Assembly (NCBI GenBank): GCA_028534125.1
Contig: CM052817.1
Span: 25,794,001 to 25,858,000, forward strand
DNA length: 64,000 nt
Reading direction: 5' to 3'
From: Lama glama
Lineage: Eukaryota
This document shows positions 1 to 12,415 of the stretch, one piece after another. The notes under the pieces are model-generated. The model ran no database searches. It saw only the letters and a list, made by a program, of their open reading frames with translations, and had not been told where the DNA came from. A program made the translations under genes and the position numbers. Numbering within the stretch: position 1 is the first letter of the stretch; every line of letters begins with the position of its first letter.

Positions 1-299
1 CTATGTCTGGGCAATGCCTAGCACTTCTAAGAAAGATCTTTTGAGATCTTTGTTTCCATCATCATCAAGAACAGAACCATGAATCTTGTACCTCTGGCAC
101 CCAGTTTAGTATCTGATATACAGAAGACACTGAAATGTTTAATTGAGCCAAGATTTTCCTATATACAAGGAGCAACAGTAACTGCTGTCAAGAAAACAAA
201 ACTTAGGAGAATTCCTGCTGTCATAGAACTTAACTGCTTAGGTGAGAGCTGCACGTTTAAGGGGAGGATCCACCCTGTGCAGCAGCTGGTATGAAGTGC

Positions 300-1800
300 C
301 CTGTGGTACAGGCAGTGAGCGCATAGGAAATCAAAGAGAAGAAAGAAAACGGGTGTTGAGAAGGTTTCATTGAGAAGAAGTGGGATTTAATTTAAGCCTT
401 AATGAGTCAATCCAATTCAAAAAAGTAAAAGGAAAGGGGAAGTTTGTATGAGAAAACATGAAAAAAATGTGACTAAAACAGAAATATGCAGGCTATATTA
501 AGGAAGTATGGCTGGTTATAAGGCTCCGTGCTTGAGAAGAGTTGGAGTTCTTATTGGAGAGGAAGGCTGGGTTCAGGATGGAGGTCTGTGATGGTCAATC
601 TTAAGAGGTTGGTAATAAGAAACCAGTGGAGACTTTTAACCAAGAGAGAGATGCAGTAATAGAAAGTCCATGTGTCAGCAGCTGGGGACAGAGTAAGTTG
701 GATTAGGAGCAAGGGAAATGAAGGTTGGGTGAAAGGAAAACATTTAGAAGGTTGCTTCTGTTGTAAGGCTTGAGGTGTTAAATATATAGATGGATTCAAG
801 AGATGGTACCAAGTCCTGTCTGTTCTTTCTTTATATGCTTTCTGGCTTGTGTAGAGATGCAGCTTCTGATGAAAACAGCAAAGGAAAGATCAGATAGCAT
901 CTTAGTAGATAATGAAATAGAGCATTTAAAGAGAGGAGAGAGGGTTTCAACAGTGTAAGAAAGAATGAAGAAAATTTGTCATTCATGAAGTTGTCAGGAC
1001 CTTTGAGATTGTGATAGTAGCAGAAGCCACCACCCAGTGTAAAAAGTAAAGAGAAGAATAAAAGTAAATGTGGGAGCTAGAGGGGCGTACAATTTTTAAA
1101 TGATGATAGAAAGTTAACACTTACTGAGTGCCTTTTATGTACCCGGCTCTATTCCAAGCACTTGTCATTAAAGAACTTATTAAATCTTCTCAACAACCCT
1201 ATAAGGTAAATACTATTACTTCCCCATGATATTGCATGAGGGGTCTGAGACAGAGAGATTAAATAGCTGACCCAATATCGCACAGTAGATAAATGGGAGA
1301 GTTAGGATTTGAGTCTAGGATCTTTTTCACAATAGAGATGAAGACAAGAGAGTTGAAAGAAATTCAAGACTAGAAGGAGAAAGCAAAATTGAAGGCACTT
1401 TCCTGAATGTAGGACGGAAACAGAATTGAGGGCAAAGGCTGGTACTCCTCAGACTGGAGGAAACAATCTTACCTTCCAAGACCGGAGAGAAAGATGAGAA
1501 ATGAGTATAAAGGATATAAAGTGTTTTAAAATGAAGAGAAGGATAGAAAAAGAGACTTAGATTGTATGACTGTGATCTTGTTTCTTTCTTAAGTGAGCTC
1601 ACATGGTGAAGGGTTGAGAAAGCATAATTTGAGGGCTTCAACTCTGGAATTTCATTAGAAATCATGTGGCCACCTACCGTCAGTCTCCCACCATGGCAGA
1701 AGTAGTTGTGAATGACAACAAAGGAACCCCAAAAGAGACAGAGGAATCTTTTTCTGAGATGTATTTGATTTAAGCCACAAGGAAGTCGATTGGCCAGTAT
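300..1800 (-). mobile_element. Degraded L2 LINE fragments, interrupted by a MIR at about 1110-1320
   Basis: Purine-rich L2-like text; MIR core reverse complement (CTCAACAACCCTATAAGGTAAATACTATTA...CTGAGACAGAGAGATTAAATAGCTGACCCAA). Confidence 0.5.
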
Positions 1801-2429
1801 TTCAGATTTGGTATTACAGATAATTAATACTTTATGCTGAATCACTCTGTATCAGAATTAATAATATGTGACCACATAGCTCTTTGGTCTGCAAGCCATC
1901 TCTATTACTATTTTAAAGCACCTAAATGTGAACTTAAAACCATAGTATCTGAAAAGTAAATGTTTTCCATTTAATGTTCCAACAAATGGACAAGAGGACA
2001 TTTGTACAGGGAATGAAATGGGATGACCAAGTCTTAAGCCACCACCCACTCCACTACCAGCCTTGATCCACATCAGGAAGTGATTGCATTATATTTAATG
2101 AATTCTCTAAACTATACTTTCTAGCTGGTTTTCATAACAACAGCAACTATTCACAATGTGGAGACTTTGGTGTCTTGGGTGTTTTGAGGAAAGCTGTTAA
2201 TTACAAGCAGACATTTTGATTTAATTGACATAGGGATTACTTCTAGAAGACTGTAAGTATATATGGTTTTAAAATAGGCTATTTGTTCAAGGAGAAATAA
2301 CAGTGATCAAAACCAAAACAATTGATTCAAATGGAGAACAACTAAGAATTCTCTTACAGTTGAAGTTGGATGTGTTCTTAAAATCTACTCATTGGTCTGG
2401 GGTGCAGGTGTCAAAATGATTAAGAAATC

Positions 2430-2615
2430 TTTGTTTTTTTAATAACATCTTTTTAAGCACTATTCTCATGTATTTTTATTTTATTTTATTAAGAGGGAGA
2501 TAATTAGGTTTATTTAATTACTTTTTTAGTGTAGGTCCTGGGGACTGACGGGTTGAACCCAGGACCTGGTTGCATGCTAAGCACACACTCTACCACTTGA
2601 GCTGTACCCTCCCCC
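2430..2615 (-). mobile_element. tRNA-Ala-derived SINE (camelid type)
   Basis: Reverse complement GGGGAGGGTACAGCTCAAGTGGTAGAG...CTTAGCATGC...GGTCCTGGGTTCAA; TSD AAGAAATC 2422-2429 / 2616-2623. Confidence 0.85.
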
Positions 2616-2735
2616 AAGAAATCATTTTAATATCACGTATTTGACAAAAACACTGTATGACATACCTCCATATATATAAGTACAAAACAAACTTTCTCAA
2701 TACATTATATTAGTCATCTGTTCTCAAATGCTAAT

Positions 2736-2865
2736 TTGGTGAGGGTGATTAGGTTTATTTTCATTTATTTATTTGTTCATTTTTTAACGGAGGTACTGGT
2801 GATTGAACCCAAGATCTTGAGCATGCTAAGCATATGCTTTACCACTGAGCTATACCCTCCCCCCA
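2736..2865 (-). mobile_element. tRNA-Ala-derived SINE
   Basis: Same family; TSD CAAATGCTAAT 2725-2735 / 2866-2876. Confidence 0.85.
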
Positions 2866-3040
2866 CAAATGCTAATGTTTTAATTCTCTTAGGTCAGATA
2901 CATAGTTTGCTGTGCATTCTTACTGTGTTCACAGTAGCCCTTTAAAAACTATCCTTGCCCACACTTAGTTTCACTATGAATTTCCTTGTGTCTAGAGTAC
3001 TCAAAAGACAAAGATTTAAGGATTTTCCTCATCCATAAGT

Positions 3041-3540
3041 NNNNNNNNNNNNNNNNNNNNNNNNNNNNNNNNNNNNNNNNNNNNNNNNNNNNNNNNNNNN
3101 NNNNNNNNNNNNNNNNNNNNNNNNNNNNNNNNNNNNNNNNNNNNNNNNNNNNNNNNNNNNNNNNNNNNNNNNNNNNNNNNNNNNNNNNNNNNNNNNNNNN
3201 NNNNNNNNNNNNNNNNNNNNNNNNNNNNNNNNNNNNNNNNNNNNNNNNNNNNNNNNNNNNNNNNNNNNNNNNNNNNNNNNNNNNNNNNNNNNNNNNNNNN
3301 NNNNNNNNNNNNNNNNNNNNNNNNNNNNNNNNNNNNNNNNNNNNNNNNNNNNNNNNNNNNNNNNNNNNNNNNNNNNNNNNNNNNNNNNNNNNNNNNNNNN
3401 NNNNNNNNNNNNNNNNNNNNNNNNNNNNNNNNNNNNNNNNNNNNNNNNNNNNNNNNNNNNNNNNNNNNNNNNNNNNNNNNNNNNNNNNNNNNNNNNNNNN
3501 NNNNNNNNNNNNNNNNNNNNNNNNNNNNNNNNNNNNNNNN
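3041..3540. other. Assembly gap (500 N)
   Basis: Run of N in the last KLHL5 intron. Confidence 0.99.
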
Positions 3541-3673
3541 GCAGCAGGGTGGGGGCAGCAGCTCTTTTGCCTATAAGTACAGACCGTTTCAGTGTTTCAC
3601 CGACTAGTGTGGTATTATCAGCGTTCTTACCTACAAACCCAACACCTATGTTTTTTTTGTTTGTTTTTTTTAG

Positions 3674-3730
3674 GTTGCTCCACTGTGCCTAGGAAGAGCT
3701 GGGGCTTGCGTTGTGACTGTAAAATTATAA
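3674..3730 (+). CDS. KLHL5: KLHL5 (kelch-like protein 5), last coding exon; earlier exons lie before the window
   Basis: Polypyrimidine acceptor ttttttttag, then VAPLCLGRAGACVVTVKL and stop TAA (3728-3730). Matches the KLHL5 C-terminus as recalled; KLHL5 lies upstream of WDR19 in mammals. Confidence 0.93.
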   Translation, partial: VAPLCLGRAGACVVTVKL

Positions 3731-5040
3731 CTTAGTGCTTTGTTTTCTAAATGAAGATATCATCTTCCTTTATGAATTTAGTATAATTATTCTACTATCA
3801 ATGGGTATGTTTTTAGTAAATTAGCAAGGCCGCATTCCTGGGCACAAAGTGCCTGATCTCTAAGTGAAGATGTTAAAACAAAGGAGGAAAGAGCGGACAA
3901 ACCAGGATTAAATATTTTCATTTCTTAGTAAATCAAAACTGCATCTGGTGGCTTGTGAACATATGTTCCTGATACAAAATATGAGGACAAATGCACTGCT
4001 TCTGAACACAACCCAGCGCTAACTGGGAGTTTCGTTTCTTAATAATCAAGCACATTTTACTCACATTATCTAGGCTGCTTTTATTACAGTGCGAATACAT
4101 TGGATTAAAACTTGTAACGTTTTACTTCGTAACTTTATCATACATGAGTTACAGTAATTTTTATTTGTTTGTTTAACCACAACCACTGTTTTAAGGACAT
4201 ACTGAAGACTATGCATTTAGTTTTTCTCAGAAATAGCTGCCATATATGTGCTTTGGTTGAGGATTTTATTTCTAGAATTGGCTTAGTCCAATGAATAAAG
4301 AAAAACGTTAAAGAGTTAAAACAACAATGACCAAATAAAAACTGGATAGGATCTTTGGGATCTATTTAAAGATTCATTCCATCTAGATTCAACAAGAACT
4401 CCATGTTATGATATTCTTAAATTGGAATTGAAACATGGTGTTTTGCATTAAATTTAAGATAGGCAATTTTATGTGGAGAAAATACATGTTCTATGCCCTC
4501 TAATGTTCTTTCACCTAATTAGTATTTAATTATGTGGATTTGCTTTCTTTTATATTATTAAAAATGTTCTGATTTTGTCTTTTGATATTGACAGAATTGT
4601 ATGGCTGTTCCTCTTTTCTCAAGTCTGTGTTTGCACCCCTGCCTTGTTTCTTACCTTTTGCCACAGTTAGTAATCCTTTGTGCTTTTTTGTAATCAAACA
4701 GTTTGGGGGGAATGGGTTTACTGAATGTTTGAAAAATAAGTTTAAAGTGTTTATTACCCAAAGTTTTGTACATTTGTAAGCTCTTAATTACACATGTGAA
4801 TGTTAATACTCTCAGTGAATTATTTATTGTTTGCAAAAATGCACTGGGCAGTAACATTTTATGATAAATCTTTTAAGGTATAAGTCATTAACTTATATCT
4901 TAATATAAAGTGAGTACAAACTAAATTCCCATCTTTTAAATACTATATTGTGGTTAATGTGTTTTTTATTTTATATCAAGGTAACCTTTCTTTTCGTTGC
5001 TTCTTTTAAGAATTAAAACAAACTTTTTTTTTTAGCTGAT
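3731..5040 (+). other. KLHL5: Putative KLHL5 3' UTR; the 3' end is uncertain
   Basis: AT-rich, repeat-free sequence after the stop. Candidate poly(A) signals are AATAAA 4294-4299 and 4334-4339, and ATTAAA 5012-5017 followed by a T-rich tract. Confidence 0.55.
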
Positions 5041-5819
5041 TTTGAATGCTCATGAAATATTTCTACCTTTGAAATCAAGAAATTTAGTACTTCTAGTCCC
5101 AAAACAAATTCCATGGGCATTTTACTGATGTGTCCACTAAGAAAATAATAGTGATAGTGACAAATATGTTAATATTTCATATATTCATTATACTGTGGAT
5201 ATAAAGTCAGTTATTTTCCTGATAAAGAGGGATCAGCTGTAGAATATATTTACAAATTTAGGGTAAGGGAGAGAAGAGGAAAAGGTATAAGAAACAAACA
5301 AGAATTCCCAAAGCAGAAACATACCAGTACATCCCTTCTTGACTTAGAGACTTAGACCTGTGACTTGAAAAGAAAATGCTTCTACTTGTGATCATTTCTC
5401 ATCTCCACTCACTTGTTCCCTGCGCCCTCAGTGGAGGCAGACTCACCTCAGCGTAAAGGAACTGATTCTCTTCTCTGAGGATCTTCCTTTCCTTTACGGG
5501 ATTCATTAGAACAGTCCCTTTGATTTTCTACCCCATTTGAGGGCCCCTCTAATGCAGTTTTGTAGTCAGTAGGATGTGCTCTCCTGGATACTAGTGAAGA
5601 CAGCATTTCTTCTCTAGTGACAGAGCATTTGCCAAAACATTTATTCCACTCCTAGTCTGGGATCTTATAAATCTAGAGGAAAATACTGCTCTTTCTTATA
5701 GGCATCATCCAGCATTGCTGCCTTGACTTTTGCTGTTAACTTCTCCATTGACATGTCTGGCTGCTCTTTATTTTAACCCCAGTTAATGACCACCACATGA
5801 AAAATAATATTTGCTAGTA

Positions 5820-6065
5820 ATTATTGAATGATTATTATGAACTAGCAACCAAGGTTTTTGCATGCGTTAATGCACTTAAACTTCATAACAACTTTATGAG
5901 GTAAGTTCTATTATTATTCCCCCTTTATACAGATAAGGAAACTGGGGCAAAGAGAATTAACACCCAGATTTATATATAAGAAGATTTATATATTTATATA
6001 AGATTTATATATAAGAACTAAGTGGCAGAGCAGGGATTTGAATGCAGACAGTCTGGCTCAGGAGT
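5820..6065 (-). mobile_element. MIR SINE with an internal AT-rich tandem duplication
   Basis: TTATACAGATAAGGAAACTGGGGC...AAGTGGCAGAGCAGGGATTTGAATGCAGACAGTCTGGCTC. Confidence 0.7.
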
Positions 6066-6389
6066 CCTTTATCACTCCTGCTTCTAGGTAGAAAAGAAGT
6101 TTTATTTTATGTGAGAAATTATTTGTTTTAATAAAAAGAAAAGTAAAGGAGGTTTATGCCTTTTAGAAGTAAATTTATCTGTCACACTCTTATCAGAAAT
6201 TTTTGGTTCCTTAGTATCAGGGGGAATTTTGTCTAAATCTCTTATAGAATTTTATATACATTTTGCTTTAGAGAAGTAAATGCAAGAAAACATATTTCAA
6301 GTTTTATATTAAATATTAGATAAATTGCATGGTATTTTGGATGAATGAACCATAAACAAATTCATTCATCAAAAATACGCTTTACTGCC

Positions 6390-7585
6390 ACAAAGCAGAT
6401 AACCTAGATGAAATGGACAAATTTCTAGAAACACAAAATTACCAAGAAGAAAAAAATCTAAACAGACCTATAGTAAGTAAGAGATTGAATCAATAATCCA
6501 AAAACTTCTCAACAAACTACAGAACCAGAATTTGGGTTGACAAAGACAGACTGTATACTATGACAGACCAAGTTTTGCTGCAGGAATACAGGGATAGTTC
6601 AACATACAAAAATCAATCAATGTGATATACCATGTAGTAGAATGTGGGGAGCTCAGCCTGAAGAAACCAGAACAGTGCCAGAAAACCAGAAAATAAAGCT
6701 CTTTGTTATTAAAAAAAACAAAAAACAAAAACAGAATGAAGGGGAAAAGAAACAGAATGATCATCTCAATTGATAAGAAAAAGCATGTGACAAAAATCAA
6801 CACCTTTTCATGGTAAAAGCAAACTAGAAGGAGAATGGAATGTCCTCATCCTGTTAAAAGGTGTTCATGAAAAACCCACAGGTAACAACATACTAAATGG
6901 TGAAAGATTGAAAGGTTTCTCTGAAAGCTCAGGAAAATGCCCACTCCGCTAGTCAACGTTATACCAGAAGTTCTAGGCAGAGCAATTAGGCAAGAAAAAA
7001 TAAAATAACAGGAATCTCAATTAGAAAAGGAGAAGTAAGATTCTCTCCATTAGCAGCTGACATGATCTGACATATTAAAAATCCTAATGTTTTCAAGGTT
7101 CATCCATGTTGTAGCAGGTATCAGTACTTCATTTATTTTTATGGCTGAAAAATGTTCCACTATATATATGTACATCACAATTTGTTTATCCATTTGTCAA
7201 CTCATGGATATTTGGGTTATTTCCACTTTTGACTACTGCGAATAATGCTATTATGAATATTTGTGTGGAAGTTTTTGTTTGAACACCTGTTTTTGGCTTT
7301 TTCTTTTTTCTTTTTTTTTTTTGGTATGTACCCTGGGTGAAATTGCTGGCTTATAGGGTAATTCTATGTTTAGAATGATGCCATTTATATGAAATACCCA
7401 AAATAGTCAAATTCATAGAGACAACCAGGGTCTGCGAGGAAGAGGGAATAGGGGATGAACACGGGTTTTCCTTCTGGGGTGATGAAACTGTTCTAGAACT
7501 AATTAATGGTGTGGTTACACAACTTGACGAAAGTACTAAATGTCACTTATGGTCAATTGAGTGCATATTTTACAACAATAAAAAG
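6390..7585 (+). mobile_element. Old L1 mosaic: ORF2 pieces (+), inverted segment about 7086-7372 (-), 3' end (+)
   Basis: GATAACCTAGATGAAATGGACAAATTTCTAG; degenerate FADDMI-region text at about 7040-7085; 3' end with AATAAA near 7577. Confidence 0.75.
6645..6732 (+). pseudogene. Unidentified 5'-truncated polyadenylated retrocopy nested in L1 ORF2
   Basis: Non-L1 sequence with AATAAA 6692-6697 and an A-rich tail from 6711, flanked by AGAATG (6639-6644 and 6733-6738). The L1 sequence resumes in register after it. Confidence 0.6.
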
Positions 7586-10129
7586 CTTTACTAGGTACAT
7601 TACAAATTGTTATTTAAATGTCATAGCAATATATATACTAGGAGTAAAACTCTGCATTTATATACATTCCAAGGAGAATTTTTAAAAGTGTAATTTGCAA
7701 GTAAACAGATGTTTTAAAAATCCGACAGAAAGGCTCTTTAGATTTTAATTCTGGTCTAAGAAGAGAGTGAGAAACAATGACAAACCTAAGGGGAAAGTTT
7801 GATTGGCAGCTTTTCCCCAATGCCTGGTACACAACTGGCATTCCATAAATGTTTGTTGAAAGTCAAGATCGGTATCTTTTCATAAACTCTGTATAATTTT
7901 TGAAATTGTTGATAATATCTTAATTCTTACTCAGGAACGAACATTCAGTAAAATGACATGTAGTTTTACTATGAACTAGATTATAAATTCCCATGGAATA
8001 TTTTCATTCTATTTTACTTTTTCAATTGGAGTAAAACAAAAATCAAATGCCATGAGAAGTTAAAGCCTAACTTTGGCATTTCCTCCTTCTGGATCTCAGA
8101 TACCTTTATCTTTATAAGACTGAACCGTCTGATGGGAGACTCCCCCATCAGAGACTCTGTCCTTACGACTAATGACTGAGAAAGTATGATGTTTATTTTT
8201 TATCTTCTCCTGGGCCTCAGCGACTCTGGTATCTCGTGAATCGCTTAAAGATGTGCAGTATTGATTGATGTAGGTGTCAGCATCATGCCCAGCCTATTTT
8301 CCCCCAGCCCTGGGTAATTATTTCCTTTGGGCTAATGAGGTGCATCTAGAGAGGGAAGCCAGGGAAGCTTGGGAACCACATTCAGTGCCCTAGGTCTCTG
8401 CCCAGGCTGGTTGGTTTCATTTGATGAGATTTCTTTTGGATTAAAAAAATTATATTTAATTGATGTATTTTAAAGTAGCTTTATATGAGTGAGTGACTAC
8501 TACTTGTATAATGTCTGTGCCTTTAAAATAACTAAGGTAAGCTGGGAAGGCTCACAGTGACTCAGTGACCATTTGGTTCTGCTCTAAGTGGTAGCATGCT
8601 CAGGGTATTAAAGTTACCATGAGTATACTATGTTTCAAAACTATTGACTGTTTATTTTATTTTTTCTGAATAAACTCTCAGAAAATTCTATTGTCACTTC
8701 TAAAAAAAAGTAAACACATTCCACTTGAAATTAAAAAACAGAATCAACTAAATTTTAAAAATAGTTTTCCTTAAAGTTATGCATCTTTATAAATCTGAAA
8801 TAAATGGTAAACTGGGCAGTTCAAAAGTGACATTGATGGAGTAAATTCTGTGGAAGGAAAGAAGTCCTTGCTTAGTGGTGGCTGAAGCCATGAGGTTAGA
8901 GAGAAGCTGTCATTCAAGAGCTGTCTGTGTCAGGGACAGAAGAGCTGCTGCACTGCATGTGAACTTCAGAGAAAGAAAATGCTGAGAAATAAGTTTAGCA
9001 AAACCTGACCTACTTATCTGTCTGATTCTGTATCAGAAACTCAGCAGCAGAGCTACAGAGAAGGACTGAGGGAGTTAGTTAATCCAGTGGAGAATTCATT
9101 TATCTCAGAAAACTTTCTGATCAATAAGGCATTGAGCAAATCAGTCGGGAGACTAAACTCTTACATGATAATAGATCATAACACAAAGGAGGAGAAAGAA
9201 TGTTAGTTTCTTAAGGGCACGTACTGGGGTGTATCACTGTGTCCCCTGCAGCACTTAGCGTGCAGTCTACTGTTATACCTTCGCGTAATAGGCTCTTGCT
9301 AATTATTTGTTGAATATAAATATCAAGTAGACTAGGTCCCTGAGGTAAAACACCTCAGAGGTGTTGGAACGTAGGTTTACGGTCAGGCAGATTCTGAATC
9401 TCAGAGCAACAACAACAACACATTATGAGATTTCTTTGTTCACATATGGAGGTGGGTGCAGGTAAAATTGGAGGGGTGCAAAGCACAAGCATGGACATGG
9501 AAAACCAGAATATGTTCAGGAAGTAAGGAGCAGCCCTGGTGAGCTGACTGCAGCATCAGATACGTGCTGAGGAGTCGAGGGAAATGTCAGCCAATTTATT
9601 CTTTTATTCAAATTAAGGATGACAGTTACCCTTCTGTCCGTGCATGACTCTAAAATAACATGGAGAAGCCCCGGATGATCATAATAACGGCCAGAGGTGC
9701 AGTCTGCACACAGGCCACCGTCTACTCCCTCCCCTGCTCTTCCGTCTGACCTTATTTAAACAGCCATATGGACCACTTAAACAGCTAAAGTATGTTAACT
9801 AAATGATCTATTTTCTCTTCTCCCAGCAAGATTATGACAGATTTTCAAATGTCACAGGCATTTAACCCAATATTTGGGTGGTAGGAAGTGTTTATAGTAA
9901 TTTCTCTACATGACATAAAGTCTGCGTAATAAGAAATCGTCATTGTGAAGATGGTACTAGATGATTGCTTAGGTCCCTTTCAGCCCCGGCAGTCAGTAAT
10001 GCAGGTTGAGTATCGTCTGACCCTGTCTTGACATTGGTACCCACCGGATATAACATCTTGGGATTCCCATCCCAGGCGGAATCCAGAATGCTACAAAAGT
10101 TATCCATCCCCCATTGCTTGAACTACCTA

Positions 10130-10565
10130 GTCCAGTGATTCTCAACCATGGTGTCATGTTAGGATTACTTGAAGAACTCTTAAAATACCTAAATGCCTGG
10201 ACTCTACCCCAGATACAGGCATGTCAGCCCCAGCTGGAACCCAGGTGATTATGTGCAGCCACACTGAGAAACATTCCTTTTTGAAGGCCAAAATTAAGAG
10301 AAAAGTAGCCAGTTCAAGGTTACACTTCAGCATCTAGGTCAAAAGAATAAAGGCGGAGAAACTACAGGTCTGAGGTCAGCACACTGCAGGCCATAGGCCG
10401 AATCTGTCTGCTGTTCATTTTTGTAAATAAAGTTTCAGTGGACACAGACACGCCAGTTGTTTGAACATTGTCTCTTGCCGCTTTTCTGCTATGACAACTT
10501 AGTTGAGCAGTTGTGAAAGAAACCATATCTTTCTCTTGATGTTTACAGAAGTCTGCCAACCTGTG
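10130..10565. mobile_element. Adjacent hAT-Charlie MITEs: MER5-like about 10130-10275, MER58-like about 10370-10565
   Basis: CAGTGATTCTCAACC...CTGAGAAAC; and AGGCCATAGGCCGAATCTG...TTTTTGTAAATAAAGTTT...TTTACAGAAGTCTGCCAACC. Confidence 0.6.
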
Positions 10566-11264
10566 CCTCGAGGAGCAGTCTTCATCACCTAGGAAATGAG
10601 GCCTCTGAGGATGGAAATGAGGAAAATAATTACCTAGCAAAGAAAACGGTAAACCAAGGTGGAACTCCCAACATCAAGGAAGGGATTGAAAAAAGACAGA
10701 GCGAGGATGAAAGGCTGAGGAACGAGGCCCTGAGCTCGGCCTGTCAGGCCTCCCCACCGAGTCTCTGAGAAAGTCTCCTCTGGGCCTGAAGGCAATTAGA
10801 GCCTTTCTTAGGTGTTGAAGCGTCTGAATGAAATGGGGCTAAAAGCTCATGTTTTATTCAGTTGCCTCCGCCTTGGTAATCTGTTGACTGAAATATAGGG
10901 AGGTTGAGTCCCCTTGATTACGTAGTGGACAGTGTGCTGAGCACTTTGTATATGTTAATACATTTCATCTTTACTATAGCCTGATGAAGTAGATATGATT
11001 ATTCCCACTTAATGATGTCAAAACTAGCTAGTAAATAATAGAGCAAAATTAAAAAACCAACCAGACATGTATGACTTTAGAGCCTTTAAAAAAAATCTTT
11101 GCACGATTGCCACATGGAGGTGAATTTTAGCTGTCTCGATTACATAGGATGATACATATTTGATGCCAAAATCAGATATTGTGATAGTGCCCTCATCACA
11201 TCTGTGCTACCTGTTAAGTTTTTACTTTTAATGAGTAGGAACAGGTTGGGTAGTTCTGTATACC

Positions 11265-11266
<2 letters not shown>

Positions 11267-11300
<34 letters not shown>
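11267..11300. repeat. (AC)17 microsatellite
   Basis: Perfect dinucleotide run. Confidence 0.97.
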
Positions 11301-11302
<2 letters not shown>

Positions 11303-12307
11303 TACTAAGTACCTTTCTGTGGTGAGAGGACAAAAGAAGGGCATTTTGTAAGCATGGCATATTCAGTGTCCTGGGTACAGAGAAGGATTGTTGTTGTTCA
11401 TAGAGTGAAGAGCAAGGATGCTGAGTAGAGCAGTAATGGATGGAAATGAGAAGAAGAGGCATTAGTAGAAAGTCATAAATCCATTATGAGAAGTTTAGTA
11501 TATTTTAAGAGAGACAAATGCTTCAAAATTCTAAGGATATGAGGAAGATGCTTCTGTAGCTCTGATATATTAGTCAGGGTCCAGTCAGGAGACAGACACC
11601 ACATAATCATTTGAACAGGGAAGGTCTGATATAAAGAATCATGTGCTTTAATAAAGGATTGGACTCATGAAGGATTGGTTATTAAGGTCTGGGATTTGAT
11701 TCTGCCTATTTGCAAATTAGTAACTTAGCCTGATAATGTTTCACAGGTGCTGGCAGAAGACACTGAATTCCTGGATCAGAGACAAAGGGCTTTATTACTG
11801 AAGCACAGAAAGCAGCATGACTATCATCTCTGGGTTAATTCCCCTTGCCTCCCAAGTTCCCTAGGAGCAGCATTGAGGATCCCAGGTGGGAAGTCCCCTG
11901 ATATGAGGAATCTCCTGCCTTTGGAGTAAATGGTAAACAACCCTAAATTTAAGCTGTGTCTCAAATTTTAAACTTAATGTGTACTATTTATTACTCCTCC
12001 CATGATCTGATTCCCTTGTTCAGCCTCAATTAAACTTCAGATTCAGAAGTTCAACAGAGACGTGGAAGTAAATCTCATGTTCTAACAAAAGGTCAACTGA
12101 GAGAGGCAAAGTGATGTTCTCTTCCTTTTCCGCAGGAACTAACAATAACAACAAAACCAACTCTGGCCATCTTAGACTATGACATAGCAGACTATGGACC
12201 TTTCCTTGGAGAAATGGAGGGGAAAGAGCTACTAAGTACTGGAAGGGAAAAAATGATTTATAGGGGATATCATAGAGCTGAACAGAGACCGGGAAAATAA
12301 AGAATAG

Positions 12308-12415
12308 TAGTTCGTAGTTCATGAGCGTGATTGGGTGCTCACGCACCTGTGTGGCATGTGCCTCCCTCGAACCTTGCTACGAGGTCGGCACATTACCTAT
12401 CTGACATGAGAGAAA
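12308..12415 (+). pseudogene. SNORD13: U13 (SNORD13) snoRNA retro-pseudogene
   Basis: GTAGTTCATGAGCGTGATTGGGTG...GAACCTTGCTACGAGGTCGGCACATTACCTATCTGAC matches U13 as recalled. Box D CTGA at 12401-12404, A-rich tail, and TSD AAAGAATAG at 12299-12307 and 12416-12424. Confidence 0.85.

Noticed and set aside
2986..3576. Long ORFs here and at 48918-49610
   Set aside because: Artefacts of translating through 500-N gaps; only the exon 15 part is real.
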